Shown here in pieces: positions 1 to 10,400 of a stretch of DNA of 64,000 nt (position 1 is its first letter; every line of letters starts with the position of its first letter). The notes beneath the pieces are model-generated. The model ran no database searches. It saw only the letters and a list, made by a program, of their open reading frames with translations, and had not been told where the DNA came from. Both the position numbers and the translations under genes were made by a program. The stretch comes from a virus (taxonomy: Duplodnaviria > Caudoviricetes). The stretch is taken from IMG/VR virus record IMGVR_UViG_3300023119_000004; one strand, 5' to 3'.

Positions 1-1
1 T

Positions 2-292
2 ATGCGTGGTCGGACGTTTAAAAAAGCATTTATTGTTGCAGATGAGATGCAAAATGCCACACCTAACCAAATGAAAATGCTACTTACAAGAATAGGAGAA
101 GGTAGCCAAATGGCAGTAACGGGTGATTTAGCACAGGCAGATAGAATTAAGAGTAACGGACTTCTTGATTTTATTAAATCATTAGAGCATCACCATGCAA
201 CTAAGCACATTGACATAGTCAGATTTCATCAAAATGATATTGAGAGACATGAAGCAGTTAAGGAGGTGCTTGAAGTCTACGGAGACGAGTAA
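2..292 (+). CDS. phoH: PhoH-family ATPase, C-terminal part (5' end outside window)
   Basis: MRGRTF, IVADEMQN, KMLLTRIGEGS, TGDLAQAD, IERH motifs of PhoH. Confidence 0.93.
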   Translation: MRGRTFKKAFIVADEMQNATPNQMKMLLTRIGEGSQMAVTGDLAQADRIKSNGLLDFIKSLEHHHATKHIDIVRFHQNDIERHEAVKEVLEVYGDE

Positions 293-1039
293 TTAATTAT
301 CGCCAGGAAGGTCTGTATCGTTTCTATCTAAGATATAGGTCTTCTTGGCGTGTTGCCATTTAGACCAGCCATTAAAAATCATTTTTAATTGTTTGATAAT
401 GGCATTGTGCCTGTTAACGGCAGTTTCAGATAAGTCGCCTGAACGGGCAACTACGGGTTCTCTTCTAATTGGAATAACCTGTACTAAAGGTTCACCCATT
501 TTAATTTTAGTTAACTTAGGTTCTTTTAACATAATATTAATAGGACTAATAAGAGCACCTACATCATGATCAATAACCCCAGGAATTGCGTCCCAATTCT
601 TTTCTTCATGAAACCACATTGGTTGATATAGTAGACTCCAACCTGGTTTACTATATATTTTCCAAGGACAGTCCAGTTTTACTGCTGTTCTTACACCGTA
701 TTGTTTAATAAAACTATTACCTACTTGATCGGCAGGATGATAAGCACCGTTGTAATCGGGGTCTGAATATCGAGTTTCAACATATTGTCCGTCTGGTCTT
801 GGATTTATTTCTATATCGCACCAAGCAGGAATAACATATCCCATTTGCATATAGTCTCCGATACCTGGACAAGCACGAACGGTTTGATCGCTATCAATTT
901 TGTGTGTTTCTTTTTTAGTAAACACAGGAATATCTTTCCAAGCCTGTGGTAAAAATTCTTTTGCAGGTAAAATTGGAGCGTGTTTTCTTACAGCCCAATT
1001 TTCTGTTTCAAAGAATATTACAGGTTCTTGTTTACTCAT
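293..1039 (-). CDS. Hypothetical protein of a family common in marine phages (DUF6065-like)
   Basis: 248-aa ORF; CPG near N-terminus, IPGVID and GEPLVQVIP motifs; overlaps the thyX stop. Confidence 0.55.
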   Translation of the reverse strand: MSKQEPVIFFETENWAVRKHAPILPAKEFLPQAWKDIPVFTKKETHKIDSDQTVRACPGIGDYMQMGYVIPAWCDIEINPRPDGQYVETRYSDPDYNGAYHPADQVGNSFIKQYGVRTAVKLDCPWKIYSKPGWSLLYQPMWFHEEKNWDAIPGVIDHDVGALISPINIMLKEPKLTKIKMGEPLVQVIPIRREPVVARSGDLSETAVNRHNAIIKQLKMIFNGWSKWQHAKKTYILDRNDTDLPGDN

Positions 1040-1716
1040 ACTAATTCTTCTGCTAATGGAAAGATTTTTGCAATAACTTTAGCACAAGCATGAGCAATAT
1101 CCATGTGTTCTTGCTGTGTACCGTTAGCACCACGTAATTCAATGTAATGAATCCAAGAACGTAATGTACCGTTCATGTACAATCGTGTCTTAGTACATCC
1201 TTCTGGTAGTACAGCACGAGCCTGTTCTTTAGCAATGCCGTTATCAATTGCCCATTCGTATGCTTCTTTTGCGGCATCAATAACTTTTTGTTGTTGTGAT
1301 TCCCAATCGTTAATTAGATTCATCTCTTGTTGTGTAGTACCTAAGCCAATTGAGTTTTGTCTATTCTTTTCATCTTGTAATCGTGCTTCACGTAGCACAA
1401 ATTGATTACCAAACTCAGCAGGATCAGCATAACGCTGACTAAACTCTTGGAAACTAAATGAACGATGACGCACAATTTGATGTGCAATATCACGTGTAGT
1501 ATTAATTTCTAAACAAGCACTAACCATTTCTAGTGGAGACCAATGTGCGTGTTTGATCAAATACTTTATAAGTTTTTCCGAAGTCTCCTTGTTCATTTGA
1601 TTGCTAGGATTTGAAACTCTTGCACAATAGGCAATGAGATCCTGCATATTAGTTAAATGCTGTGCAGTTAAATCTTCAACTGGTGTTGAGTATGATACTA
1701 ATTTTACATCTGACAT
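1036..1716 (-). CDS. thyX: FAD-dependent thymidylate synthase ThyX
   Basis: RHRSFSFQEFSQRY signature, ARVSNP, QARAVLP, LRSWIHYIELR. Confidence 0.97.
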   Translation of the reverse strand: MSDVKLVSYSTPVEDLTAQHLTNMQDLIAYCARVSNPSNQMNKETSEKLIKYLIKHAHWSPLEMVSACLEINTTRDIAHQIVRHRSFSFQEFSQRYADPAEFGNQFVLREARLQDEKNRQNSIGLGTTQQEMNLINDWESQQQKVIDAAKEAYEWAIDNGIAKEQARAVLPEGCTKTRLYMNGTLRSWIHYIELRGANGTQQEHMDIAHACAKVIAKIFPLAEELV

Positions 1717-1720
1717 TAAT

Positions 1721-2056
1721 TTATCCTGTTCTCCATATTACGTGTACACCAAAAGGTGATACTACTGGGTGTGGTCCTAGTTCTCCAACTGGAATATTTA
1801 AACAAGCACTTGAAAATTCAATAGCCATTTCAGTTGGATCAAACCAACCAAGATCACCACCGTTTGTTTTGCTTGGACAAGCACTATTTTCTCTTGCCAT
1901 TTGATCAAAACTTACGCCGCCGCGTTTTAATTCAGCGGTAATTCTTTCGCCTTCTTGCATAGCGAAAGCAATACTTCTACTATGTGTAGAGTTTCTTGCA
2001 CCTTTAAATGACAACAAGATATGACTTGCTCTCATTTTACTTGGAAACTTAGACAT
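1721..2056 (-). CDS. Parvulin-type peptidyl-prolyl isomerase
   Basis: RASHIL, SACPS, GGDLGWF, SPFGVHVI motifs. Confidence 0.92.
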   Translation of the reverse strand: MSKFPSKMRASHILLSFKGARNSTHSRSIAFAMQEGERITAELKRGGVSFDQMARENSACPSKTNGGDLGWFDPTEMAIEFSSACLNIPVGELGPHPVVSPFGVHVIWRTG

Positions 2057-2388
2057 TATTGTCCTCCTGGCTTATCACTAAAATATTTTTCAAATTTACC
2101 TTCAACGCCTTGCCATTCTTCTGCATCTTCAGGTTCAGTACCTTTAACAGTAATGTTAGGCCATTCTTGACTGTATTTAAGATTTAATTGCATCCATTTA
2201 CCGTCATCCTGGCTTTCAGTGATAATTGCTTCTGCTGGACATTCTGGTTCACATACACCGCAATCAATACATTCGTCAGGGTTAATTACAAGCATATTTT
2301 CACCTTCATAAAAGCAGTCTACCGGACATACTTCTACGCAATCCATGTGTTTACATTTAATACACTTGTCGTTAACTAAGTAACTCAT
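2056..2388 (-). CDS. fdxA: FdxA-type (7Fe) ferredoxin
   Basis: [21 protein letters not shown] and [17 protein letters not shown] cluster motifs. Confidence 0.95.
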   Translation of the reverse strand: MSYLVNDKCIKCKHMDCVEVCPVDCFYEGENMLVINPDECIDCGVCEPECPAEAIITESQDDGKWMQLNLKYSQEWPNITVKGTEPEDAEEWQGVEGKFEKYFSDKPGGQ

Positions 2389-3302
2389 TATAACCTCGCA
2401 AGTTTAATTAGTGTTGCTGACAAGTTAATTTCTGGATCAACAACTAGTGTATGATCTACAAGTCCTTGTTTGATAATTAAAATTGCTTTATCTTGTGTTT
2501 CTTCATCGCCAAACAATTCAATATTGTCATACAACCAACGATAAATTTCTTCCATCTCTTCTGTACGAACTGTACCACAAAGAAGTTTACGTGCTTCTTT
2601 AATTTTGCCTGCTTTAAACAGTTCAACCATATCAAGTTTCCAGTCTGCTTCTGACTTATCACTTTCATTTGGTGCAAGTAACTTTCCATCTTGAGAATTC
2701 ATTTGTACCATATTGATACATTTACGCAAGTCCGGATATGTTGCTTTTACATAAGTGTCTAATGTATCTAAATCAGGTTGTACACCTTCTGTAATTAGAA
2801 TTTCTGCTACACGAGCAGTAAACTCTGTTTGATCTACTTTAGCAATATGGAATCCTTGACACCTACTGTGAATAGCAGGAATAATTCTGTTTGGGTAGTT
2901 ACAAGTTAAGATAAAACGTGCAGTAGTATGATATTCTTCCATTACACCACGTAGTGCCGCCTGTGCGTTTGGACTCAAGTAATCAGCCTCGTCTAGCAGT
3001 ACAACCTTAAACTCACCAAATGGAATCATTTGTACAAAGTTTACAATCTTATCACGAACGTCATCTACTGAGTTTGTTCGCGATGCGTTAATTTCTAGTA
3101 TGTCTAAGTCGTTAATTTCTAGTTCATTGAAAAGAATCTTAGCAAGTGTTGTTTTACCAATACCTGCATTACCACTAAACAACAAATGCGGAATTGTACC
3201 TTCTTTAATCCAGTTCTTTACTTGTGATTTTTGATGTTCATCTCTGAACACATAACCATCTACTGTTTTAGGACGATATTTTTCTACCCATAGTTCTTTC
3301 AT
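2388..3302 (-). CDS. Sliding-clamp loader AAA+ subunit (RFC / T4 gp44-like)
   Basis: WVEKYRP, Walker [17 protein letters not shown] motif. Confidence 0.95.
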   Translation of the reverse strand: MKELWVEKYRPKTVDGYVFRDEHQKSQVKNWIKEGTIPHLLFSGNAGIGKTTLAKILFNELEINDLDILEINASRTNSVDDVRDKIVNFVQMIPFGEFKVVLLDEADYLSPNAQAALRGVMEEYHTTARFILTCNYPNRIIPAIHSRCQGFHIAKVDQTEFTARVAEILITEGVQPDLDTLDTYVKATYPDLRKCINMVQMNSQDGKLLAPNESDKSEADWKLDMVELFKAGKIKEARKLLCGTVRTEEMEEIYRWLYDNIELFGDEETQDKAILIIKQGLVDHTLVVDPEINLSATLIKLARL

Positions 3303-3472
3303 TTATTTGCCTCTTCTTTTTTCTTTCGACGTTTTGTGTAAAATCCGCCTTTGTAATCTATATTATCAGAACGTTCGCCCGTTTCGCAATATGTAATCTT
3401 ACCACCTTTAGCCAAATATTCATCAATCATTCTTTGTGTTTCGTCATCTGTTTTACGAGGTACTGGGTTCAT
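3299..3472 (-). CDS. 57-aa basic protein with YLAKGGKI motif (SutA-like, tentative); not in ORF track
   Basis: Translated by hand: [57 protein letters not shown]; ATGA overlaps with both neighbours. Confidence 0.7.
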   Translation of the reverse strand: MNPVPRKTDDETQRMIDEYLAKGGKITYCETGERSDNIDYKGGFYTKRRKKKEEANK

Positions 3473-3876
3473 GCCTGTTCTATCCTTTTTCTTAGTCCAC
3501 TTGTACTAAATGAATGTTGACGTTTATTATAGTATATTTCTATGCCTTTGTCAACACAAATCTGTTTACCAGTAAAGTCATTATCTCTGTATTCTTCACC
3601 AATAAATCGTACATCAATTTGGTATGTTAATAATATATCAATTAAATCTTTTTCTGTTTCATAGGGAATAATTTGATCAATGTATTTGCACCCTTCAAGT
3701 TGAACGTAGCGTTCAAAAACACTTTGGATTGGTTTATTCTTTTCAGGCCGATCAATAGTTGGATCTGTTTGTAGTCCTACCATCATGTAATCACAGTTGT
3801 TACGTGCTTCTTTTAACATAGCAACGTGTCCGCTGTGAAATAAGTCAAATGATGAAAAAGTAATTCCTATCTTCAT
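3469..3876 (-). CDS. Cytidylyltransferase (TagD-like, HxGH family)
   Basis: FDLFHSGH, VGLQTD, RxHSFSTS motifs. Confidence 0.9.
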   Translation of the reverse strand: MKIGITFSSFDLFHSGHVAMLKEARNNCDYMMVGLQTDPTIDRPEKNKPIQSVFERYVQLEGCKYIDQIIPYETEKDLIDILLTYQIDVRFIGEEYRDNDFTGKQICVDKGIEIYYNKRQHSFSTSGLRKRIEQA

Positions 3877-4040
3877 TTTCTTTTAGGTGCCTGTTCTTCG
3901 CCTATACCCATAATAATCAATAATACATACAGCAAAGGCCATGCCCATCCTGTTAAATATCCTAAAATGTGTAAGACCATTAATGCTATACCGGTTGCAC
4001 CAGCAGTACCAATACCAGTATTTTTATTTTGAAAATACAT
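3873..4040 (-). CDS. 55-aa two-helix membrane protein; not in ORF track
   Basis: Hand translation MYFQNKNTGIGTAGATGIALMVLHILGYLTGWAWPLLYVLLIIMGIGEEQAPKRK; AGGAG RBS, promoter upstream, ATGA overlap downstream. Confidence 0.7.
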   Translation of the reverse strand: MYFQNKNTGIGTAGATGIALMVLHILGYLTGWAWPLLYVLLIIMGIGEEQAPKRK

Positions 4041-4059
4041 ATCTTCTCCTATTGTATAA

Positions 4060-4088
4060 ATTATATAATAAAACTAAGGAAAAGTCAA
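4060..4088 (-). promoter_or_regulatory. Sigma70-type early promoter TTGACT-17-TATAAT
   Basis: Near-consensus hexamers with 17-nt spacer upstream of 3873..4040. Confidence 0.85.
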
Positions 4089-4090
4089 GT

Positions 4091-4714
4091 CTAATTGTGA
4101 TTAGGAAATATCTTTTCTTGTTGATCTTTGAATATTGGCATTACAATATTTCTAGATTGTGCAAATGGTGTTGAACGACCACTAAAGACAAACCCAACAC
4201 TAGTTCTTGGTTCTATTTCTTTTGGTGGAATCCCTCTATGAATAAATTTACTTGGAAAAACAATGCAACGGCCTTCTTTATATAATACAGACTTGATCAT
4301 TTTACCACCGTTATCTGGGTTATCATCCCAAAAATCCATTCCACTGTCTCCGCTGACTAGATATACCATAGTATAAGCAGGTACATCTTCGCCGCTGTCG
4401 ACGTGCAATCCACCGACTAGATTCTTAGTTGTAATGTTTACTTGTACTTGATTTAATTGTAAGTCACCAATGTTATCACCTAGTTTATCTTTCTGTCCAT
4501 TGAATGCACTCCATACTGCTTTTAATTGCCATGGAGCATTTTCAAGTTCTTGGTGTGTCCATTGATTACTAAAAAATTGATGCCCTTGATACGGACCTAA
4601 TCCTCTATGTCCAAATGACACCTTAGTATGTGGAATTTCTGCAACTACTTCGTTATGCAACCAACTAGGTACAATATCATCTAATACTATAATGTCATCT
4701 GGATTATATTTCAT
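4091..4714 (-). CDS. 2OG-Fe(II) oxygenase-like protein
   Basis: HVD...H (LHVDSG, FIHRG) and distal R in a DSBH-like pattern. Confidence 0.7.
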   Translation of the reverse strand: MKYNPDDIIVLDDIVPSWLHNEVVAEIPHTKVSFGHRGLGPYQGHQFFSNQWTHQELENAPWQLKAVWSAFNGQKDKLGDNIGDLQLNQVQVNITTKNLVGGLHVDSGEDVPAYTMVYLVSGDSGMDFWDDNPDNGGKMIKSVLYKEGRCIVFPSKFIHRGIPPKEIEPRTSVGFVFSGRSTPFAQSRNIVMPIFKDQQEKIFPNHN

Positions 4715-4717
4715 TAA

Positions 4718-5131
4718 TTACAAATCGCCATCTTTACGATTTTCACTGTAATAAACATCAAACTCGCCACCAGGGTAACGTGCTTTAAGTTTGTTTACGT
4801 TTTCTGCAACTACCTCGTTAGGGTCCAAGCCAAGTGCCCTACAAGAATTAATCCAATACCACATAATATCGCCAAGTTCTCGTTTGCAATGAAAGACAGT
4901 TTCATCATCCATTGGTTTACCTTGGAAGATACATTTTTTAACAATTTCACTAAACTCTCCTCCTTCGGACGCAATACCGATTGCACCTGTTAGCAATAAT
5001 GCTACATTAACATTTGGGTTATTTGCTTCAATGTCTTTTGCCCTATAAAACATTTCAGACAATTGATTACTTTCTTTTGATGTGACTTGTTCTACAAATT
5101 CTTTGTATTTGTTTAAATCTACGTTACTCAA
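4718..5131 (-). CDS. MazG-like nucleotide pyrophosphohydrolase
   Basis: EGGEFSEIVKK, ELGDIMWY, NVNKLKARY motifs. Confidence 0.88.
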   Translation of the reverse strand: MSNVDLNKYKEFVEQVTSKESNQLSEMFYRAKDIEANNPNVNVALLLTGAIGIASEGGEFSEIVKKCIFQGKPMDDETVFHCKRELGDIMWYWINSCRALGLDPNEVVAENVNKLKARYPGGEFDVYYSENRKDGDL

Positions 5132-5142
5132 TTTAACCTCTT

Positions 5143-5580
5143 TTATCTTGGTCTGTCTGCAAAGTCCTCAGGACGAGGACCACCGCTATTAAAGTCAGTA
5201 TTAGTTCCGATTTGCAAATCTTCTGGCTCTTCTTCTTGCCAGGCTAATATTGCATTTACATCAATTAGTCTAACTTCAATTTCTCCCATATCGGGATCAT
5301 CTAAAATGATACCACGTGACCAACGTCCGTGTTCAACATAGATCCAGTTACCCACAGCATAGGGGTCTTTATTTTCATGTCCGATAGCATAAATTTTACA
5401 CCATCTTGGACGGATGCCTGCTTCTTGGCCGTCATCACTTGCGATAATAATACCACCTTTAGTAGTACGTTCTCCAAAGTTCATGTCATAAGCAAGTACG
5501 CCATCATGTATCGGTCTAAGTTTGCCAGTTGCCCTAGTTTTTAACTTAGGACCGGCTCCTAACATCTGCGTATCCATCAT
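5143..5580 (-). CDS. groES: GroES/Cpn10-like co-chaperonin (T4 gp31-like)
   Basis: LRPIHDGV, mobile loop ERTTKGGIII, ILAW C-terminal strand. Confidence 0.8.
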   Translation of the reverse strand: MMDTQMLGAGPKLKTRATGKLRPIHDGVLAYDMNFGERTTKGGIIIASDDGQEAGIRPRWCKIYAIGHENKDPYAVGNWIYVEHGRWSRGIILDDPDMGEIEVRLIDVNAILAWQEEEPEDLQIGTNTDFNSGGPRPEDFADRPR

Positions 5581-5584
5581 TTAA

Positions 5585-6001
5585 CTATTCACCTTTCTTT
5601 ACAAAGTTACCAGCATCGTCTTCAACCCACTCTGTACCAGTTTCTTCAGCCTCGGCATCAATATCTGCCATTTCTGCTTCTACTGAATTTGCAGGCGCTT
5701 CTTTCTTAACTGCTTCTACTTTAGGAGTAGGAGCCGCCGCTGGTGTTGATGTTGGAGTTGCTGTTTCTTTGCGAGGTGACTCATCTGGAACTGCTTGTGG
5801 ATGATCTCTATAATATTCGTCTAGAATATCATCACGACGCCTAATAATTTTACCACCTGGGCCTAATTCATCGCCACGTGCATTTACACGAGCATTTCCA
5901 ACCGCAGGAGTAAGTTCATTTTTTTGACGTAGTAAGTCCATGTCAACTTGCTTACCTTGCATTGACTTATAAACTTTACGTCCAGTTTGTTTCATCGCCA
6001 T
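5585..6001 (-). CDS. Hypothetical late protein with acidic/Pro-Ala-rich tail
   Basis: 138-aa ORF with AGGAG RBS and late-promoter motif upstream. Confidence 0.6.
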   Translation of the reverse strand: MAMKQTGRKVYKSMQGKQVDMDLLRQKNELTPAVGNARVNARGDELGPGGKIIRRRDDILDEYYRDHPQAVPDESPRKETATPTSTPAAAPTPKVEAVKKEAPANSVEAEMADIDAEAEETGTEWVEDDAGNFVKKGE

Positions 6002-6026
6002 ATTATCTTCTCCTTAATTATGTACG

Positions 6027-6034
6027 TATTTATC
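6027..6034 (-). promoter_or_regulatory. T4-late-like promoter GATAAATA
   Basis: nATAAATA motif about 25 nt upstream of 5585..6001. Confidence 0.65.
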
Positions 6035-6587
6035 TTAGGAACTCACGCCAATCGAGGTCAAAGTGGATTGAGTCTACCCTATGAATTCCAATAATATATA
6101 GCACATAACTTGCTACACTTGATCCTCTTCCGACACCCCATACAATATTGTTTTCACGCATATAATCAACCAAATATACCAAATATTGTAATAATGGATA
6201 CATTCCTCTTTCAAAAAACTCAGTTAATTCTTCGGTAATACGTATCCATTCCTTTGTATCACGTAATGCTACTGGATCATCAATTTGTAATTTTTCCATT
6301 AATTTTGCTTCAAGCCATTTGTTTGGATTTAATTGTTTATACTCTTCTGGCATAAACCATTCGCTTTGACAAACATTATCAAATTCTTTTTGTTCTACAT
6401 CTAATGGAATATATTTTTGTAATGGATTCATACCTTGTTCTTCCATTACTTTATTAAACTTATCAATATCGTCACTAGGGTCGCAGAGAACTACATGACA
6501 CTTGTCAATGTTTCCTGTATAGATCATTTCTATCAGGTCACGATTAGAAAATCGTGGTATTCCTAGAGAATCAGTTTTCATAAGCAT
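6030..6587 (-). CDS. Stand-alone fragment of a C-family DNA polymerase (DnaE palm N-terminal part)
   Basis: RITEEL...GVGRGSSVASYVLYIIGIHRVD...DWREFL matches the DnaE GxGRGS region; stops before the PDxDxD motif. Confidence 0.8.
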   Translation of the reverse strand: MLMKTDSLGIPRFSNRDLIEMIYTGNIDKCHVVLCDPSDDIDKFNKVMEEQGMNPLQKYIPLDVEQKEFDNVCQSEWFMPEEYKQLNPNKWLEAKLMEKLQIDDPVALRDTKEWIRITEELTEFFERGMYPLLQYLVYLVDYMRENNIVWGVGRGSSVASYVLYIIGIHRVDSIHFDLDWREFLR

Positions 6588-6597
6588 ATAGTATATT

Positions 6598-6822
6598 TTA
6601 ATCGATATTGATCAAATTGTCAAGATCTTTATCAGGATTATTGATAGTTTGTTTTACCAATCTGTCTCGTTGTTCTAATTTTAAATGGTCAAGAATGATA
6701 GTGATTTGACGTTTTGCGTCAGGATTTCTAGTTTGGAAATATTTTTTAGTTAGTGTGCTGATGTTAGCATCTAGATCTGCATCCGATAGATTTTCGGCGT
6801 TATTAAATAGCGGATGATCCAT
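6598..6822 (-). CDS. Hypothetical protein
   Basis: 74-aa ORF packed in operon, GAGG RBS. Confidence 0.6.
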   Translation of the reverse strand: MDHPLFNNAENLSDADLDANISTLTKKYFQTRNPDAKRQITIILDHLKLEQRDRLVKQTINNPDKDLDNLINID

Positions 6823-6832
6823 AAATTACCTC

Positions 6833-7396
6833 TTATGCAAACACGCCGACATATTGAGCATATACAGTTGTACCACCGTCATATGTCCAAAAGTCGACAA
6901 CTACTGGATTTTCGTTGCTGTTTACAACAAATGGTGCTGGGAAATCCGGTCCGTATTTAATTGAACCGTTATCAGTTGCCCAAGTTACTGTACGTGCAGT
7001 ACTATCACCTAGTGTATCTAGTAGTTGAATTCTAATTTTGCTTAGCCTATCTTCTGCAGGCCAATCTTGGAAAGTTAGTGTAACGTTATTACCAATAGTA
7101 AATGTTTGAAAATTACCATTATTGAAACTAATATTTTGAGGAGCAACAATAGTACCACCTGCGTAATGCTTTTCAGTATTACCAATTAAGTTAGCACCTG
7201 TTACGTCATTGCCAAGAAAGTTGTTTGTGGTGTTTAACTTTGCAGTATTTGTTTGTAGTTCTTCAATTTCGTTTTTTGCCGCAGTAAAGTTATTCTTAAT
7301 TGTGTTAAAATTATTTCTAAACCCCTGCGAATCATTATCCTGTCCTGCAACAGGAAATTGTGCATCAATACTTGTATTATCAATATTACTTGGCAT
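6833..7396 (-). CDS. Putative virion structural protein
   Basis: FPVAGQDNDSQGFRNNF N-terminus, beta-rich C-terminus, late promoter upstream, next to baseplate gene. Confidence 0.6.
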   Translation of the reverse strand: MPSNIDNTSIDAQFPVAGQDNDSQGFRNNFNTIKNNFTAAKNEIEELQTNTAKLNTTNNFLGNDVTGANLIGNTEKHYAGGTIVAPQNISFNNGNFQTFTIGNNVTLTFQDWPAEDRLSKIRIQLLDTLGDSTARTVTWATDNGSIKYGPDFPAPFVVNSNENPVVVDFWTYDGGTTVYAQYVGVFA

Positions 7397-7419
7397 ATTA
7401 GTTCCTCTCTAACTTAATA

Positions 7420-7427
7420 TATTTATC
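7420..7427 (-). promoter_or_regulatory. T4-late-like promoter GATAAATA
   Basis: Intergenic motif upstream of 6833..7396. Confidence 0.7.
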
Positions 7428-7430
7428 AGA

Positions 7431-10400
7431 TTACACATTATATCTGTAATTTCCGAAAGCGATATACTGCTCATTACTGTTGTTTTCAGTAGCATCGATA
7501 ATATATCTGTCAATTTCGAAGTCTATTTGTTTAAAATCAAACCCGCTATTCTGAATATTTAACAGTATTTGCTGGCTTGTCCCTGGCTTACAATAACACA
7601 ATGGAACAGCAGTAACATACCCTAGTTCTTGTACACCGTCACCCTGTGCAGTTGCCATCCATAACGGTAAGAAACTTGCTTCTGTAATACCCACCTGACT
7701 AATATTTTCACGCATATTGTCAACACTACTTAAAAAGCGTGTGTTGTCATTTGGATCACTAATTATTACAGCATCGCTGTCTACTTTAAGTGTATTATAG
7801 TCAGGTCTAAATCTAAATGGATCACTGCTTGTAGTAGCAATTTGACCTACATTTAATTCTTGCCCATTTCTTAGTGTTACTTGAATGCTTCCATTAGCAT
7901 CATATACAACAGTACCGGCTCTTGTAATAATTTCCAAGTCATTACCTAATGCTCTAACTTGAATAAGTTGACCAATACTATTTCTAATTTCAAATACTGC
8001 TAGACCAGCACCTTCTTTAGTTACATCGTCTCTTGTTTCTAATTCAATGCTATCAACAGTAATTTTATCTTTGTTGGCTATGCTAATTTTTGATCTTAAT
8101 TTGTTTTCATTTTCTATGTTCTTTAACGGATCAATTACATCAACATAAATTACTTCATATAATGTGTCGGTACTACCGATGTTTTTAGCAACAGCAGTTC
8201 TTAAAGCACCAAACTTAAATCTTTTTCTCTTATGATTCTTTCTACTTGCAGAAATATATTCTCTAATGTTTCTTGTTTCAATACCTGCATATACTAACAT
8301 TTTAATATCTTTTTGTAAACCAAATTGTGAGTCGTTTGGTCTGTAGATCGACCCTGGTAAAAAGATATTACTGTCACCGATAAAGTTTTTGTAAATTTGT
8401 CTTTGTGTTTCTTTTAAGAATGGTTTTACATATAAATTTGAATATGTAATATTATCTGGATCTGTTACAACAATATTAAATGTTTTCTTTGTAGCACTAA
8501 AGCCAAATCTGTCTCTTGCTTCGATAGTAAATGTAAACTTACGATCAATAGTCGAAGTACCGCCATCAAGTGTAAACAAGTTTTTATCAATTGTTGTCAA
8601 ACCTAAGTTACCGTCATTAGCAAACTGTCTTACTTTACCAACAATTTCGCCGTTAAGATTAATTGATAATCCCGGCGGAAGTCTACCTTCTGTCAAGTTG
8701 TATAATAGTGTTGCATTAGGTACGTTAGTTACAGCATTAACAGAGAATGTACTTGTAAAGTTTGCTTGAATAGTTCCTAAGTCTTCGACTGTAGTCCATT
8801 GGATAGTACTTTCAACTTCACCTAGTATTTTTACTGTAAATGTTTTTTTCTTTTCTGCTAAAATATCACTACCGATATCTGTATATCTAATAGCGTTTAC
8901 TGTAAACTTATATTCTTTTGTAATTGCTGGTTGATAAGGAATTCTACCTGCAACTTCTCCACTAATAGCATCGATGCTCATTCCTGGAGGAAGTATACTA
9001 GGACTTCCGTCATCATTAAGTGCTTCTAAATTGTATTGTAATTCGCCTAAAATTGTTTGTGGGTCAAATACTTCTAAGTAAATTGTAATATAATTGTTTG
9101 CTCTTTTGTATCCAAGATCTGCTGGTGTTAACCATACAGGTGCTCTAAGATACGTGTTATCAGCAGTGAATATTCCTGTACCTACTTGCATTACTGTGTT
9201 GTCTGATCTTAAGAAATCATCACCTACAACATAAATTTGGAAGGTACGTTTTTCAATAGTGTCACCGTCGCTTACACTTACTTTAAATTCATAATAACGA
9301 TTTAGTTTTTTACGACTTTGTGTTGCAATAGCATAATCATAACCTTGTGTGTCATAGTAGTAACTTTCAAAACCATTAGCACTTCTTAAACCAAAGTCAA
9401 ATGCATAAGCGTCAAACTGTGTTGTATCATAAAAGCCTTGTCCTGCATTTTTATCTAATGCTAAAATAGGATCGATAATACCTACAAGTCTACCGTCAAC
9501 TGTTAACTGTGTTCCTGGAGGTAATTCGCCGTCGCCGTCTGCTACATAATATTCTAAAGTGTCGCCTGCTGGTAAATCAGGATCAATTGCCGCAAGTTGA
9601 AAATCAATAATACTAGAATCTAAAACATAGAAACTGTTATTAGTACCAATAGGAAGTAGTCCTTCGTTCGTTGACCATACCGGTTCATCTGGACCTTGTA
9701 CTTCAATAATGAATGTTCTATCTCTAATACCGTCCTCATTAGTTGCTCGTAGAACAAACTCAAACTCAGTATTTCTAGCAACTTCAAATGGAGTACCAAT
9801 AATTTGACTGCTTGACAATCTCATTCCATCTGGTAATTTACCACTAATAAGTGTAATAACATCTGTGTTAAGTGTAATTGATGTTGCTGATCCAACATCT
9901 AAGTATACATCTTGTAAGTTATCTTGTGTATAAAGTAAAAAGTTAGAAACAATAGTTTTTTCAAAATCTTCAATAGTGTGTGTAGTACCTGTTTTATAAT
10001 GTAGTACTTGCCCTGACAAATATGAGTAATAATATGTTTGGAAAGCACCATAAAAGATACCGCCAACATCAGGAATTACATTTCCGTTATATCCTTGTGA
10101 TTTTGCCCAATAAAAGGTATTGTCTTGTGCTGGATAATAGTTATATCCGTCGGATGAAATTCCACCATTATAATCTATTGTTGTATCATTAATACCGTTA
10201 ATAGTTAAAATTCTTCTTCCTAAGATAGGTGAAGTTACAGTATCATAATTGGCATCGTTTAAACCAGTTGATAGATATGAACTTGGTTTATAAAACGTGT
10301 TAGTTCTAAACTGTGGATCAAAGAGTGCAGTTTTTACAAATACAAAAGTATCTACTGAACTATCGTCAATTTCAATTAATGCTCGTTGTGCTAAAGCACC

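Noticed and set aside
6030-6822. Split-intein or frameshift continuation of the DnaE fragment
   Set aside because: No intein-like terminus, and the next ORF (6598..6822 lies upstream; 5585..6001 downstream) carries no PDxDxD or other DnaE motif.
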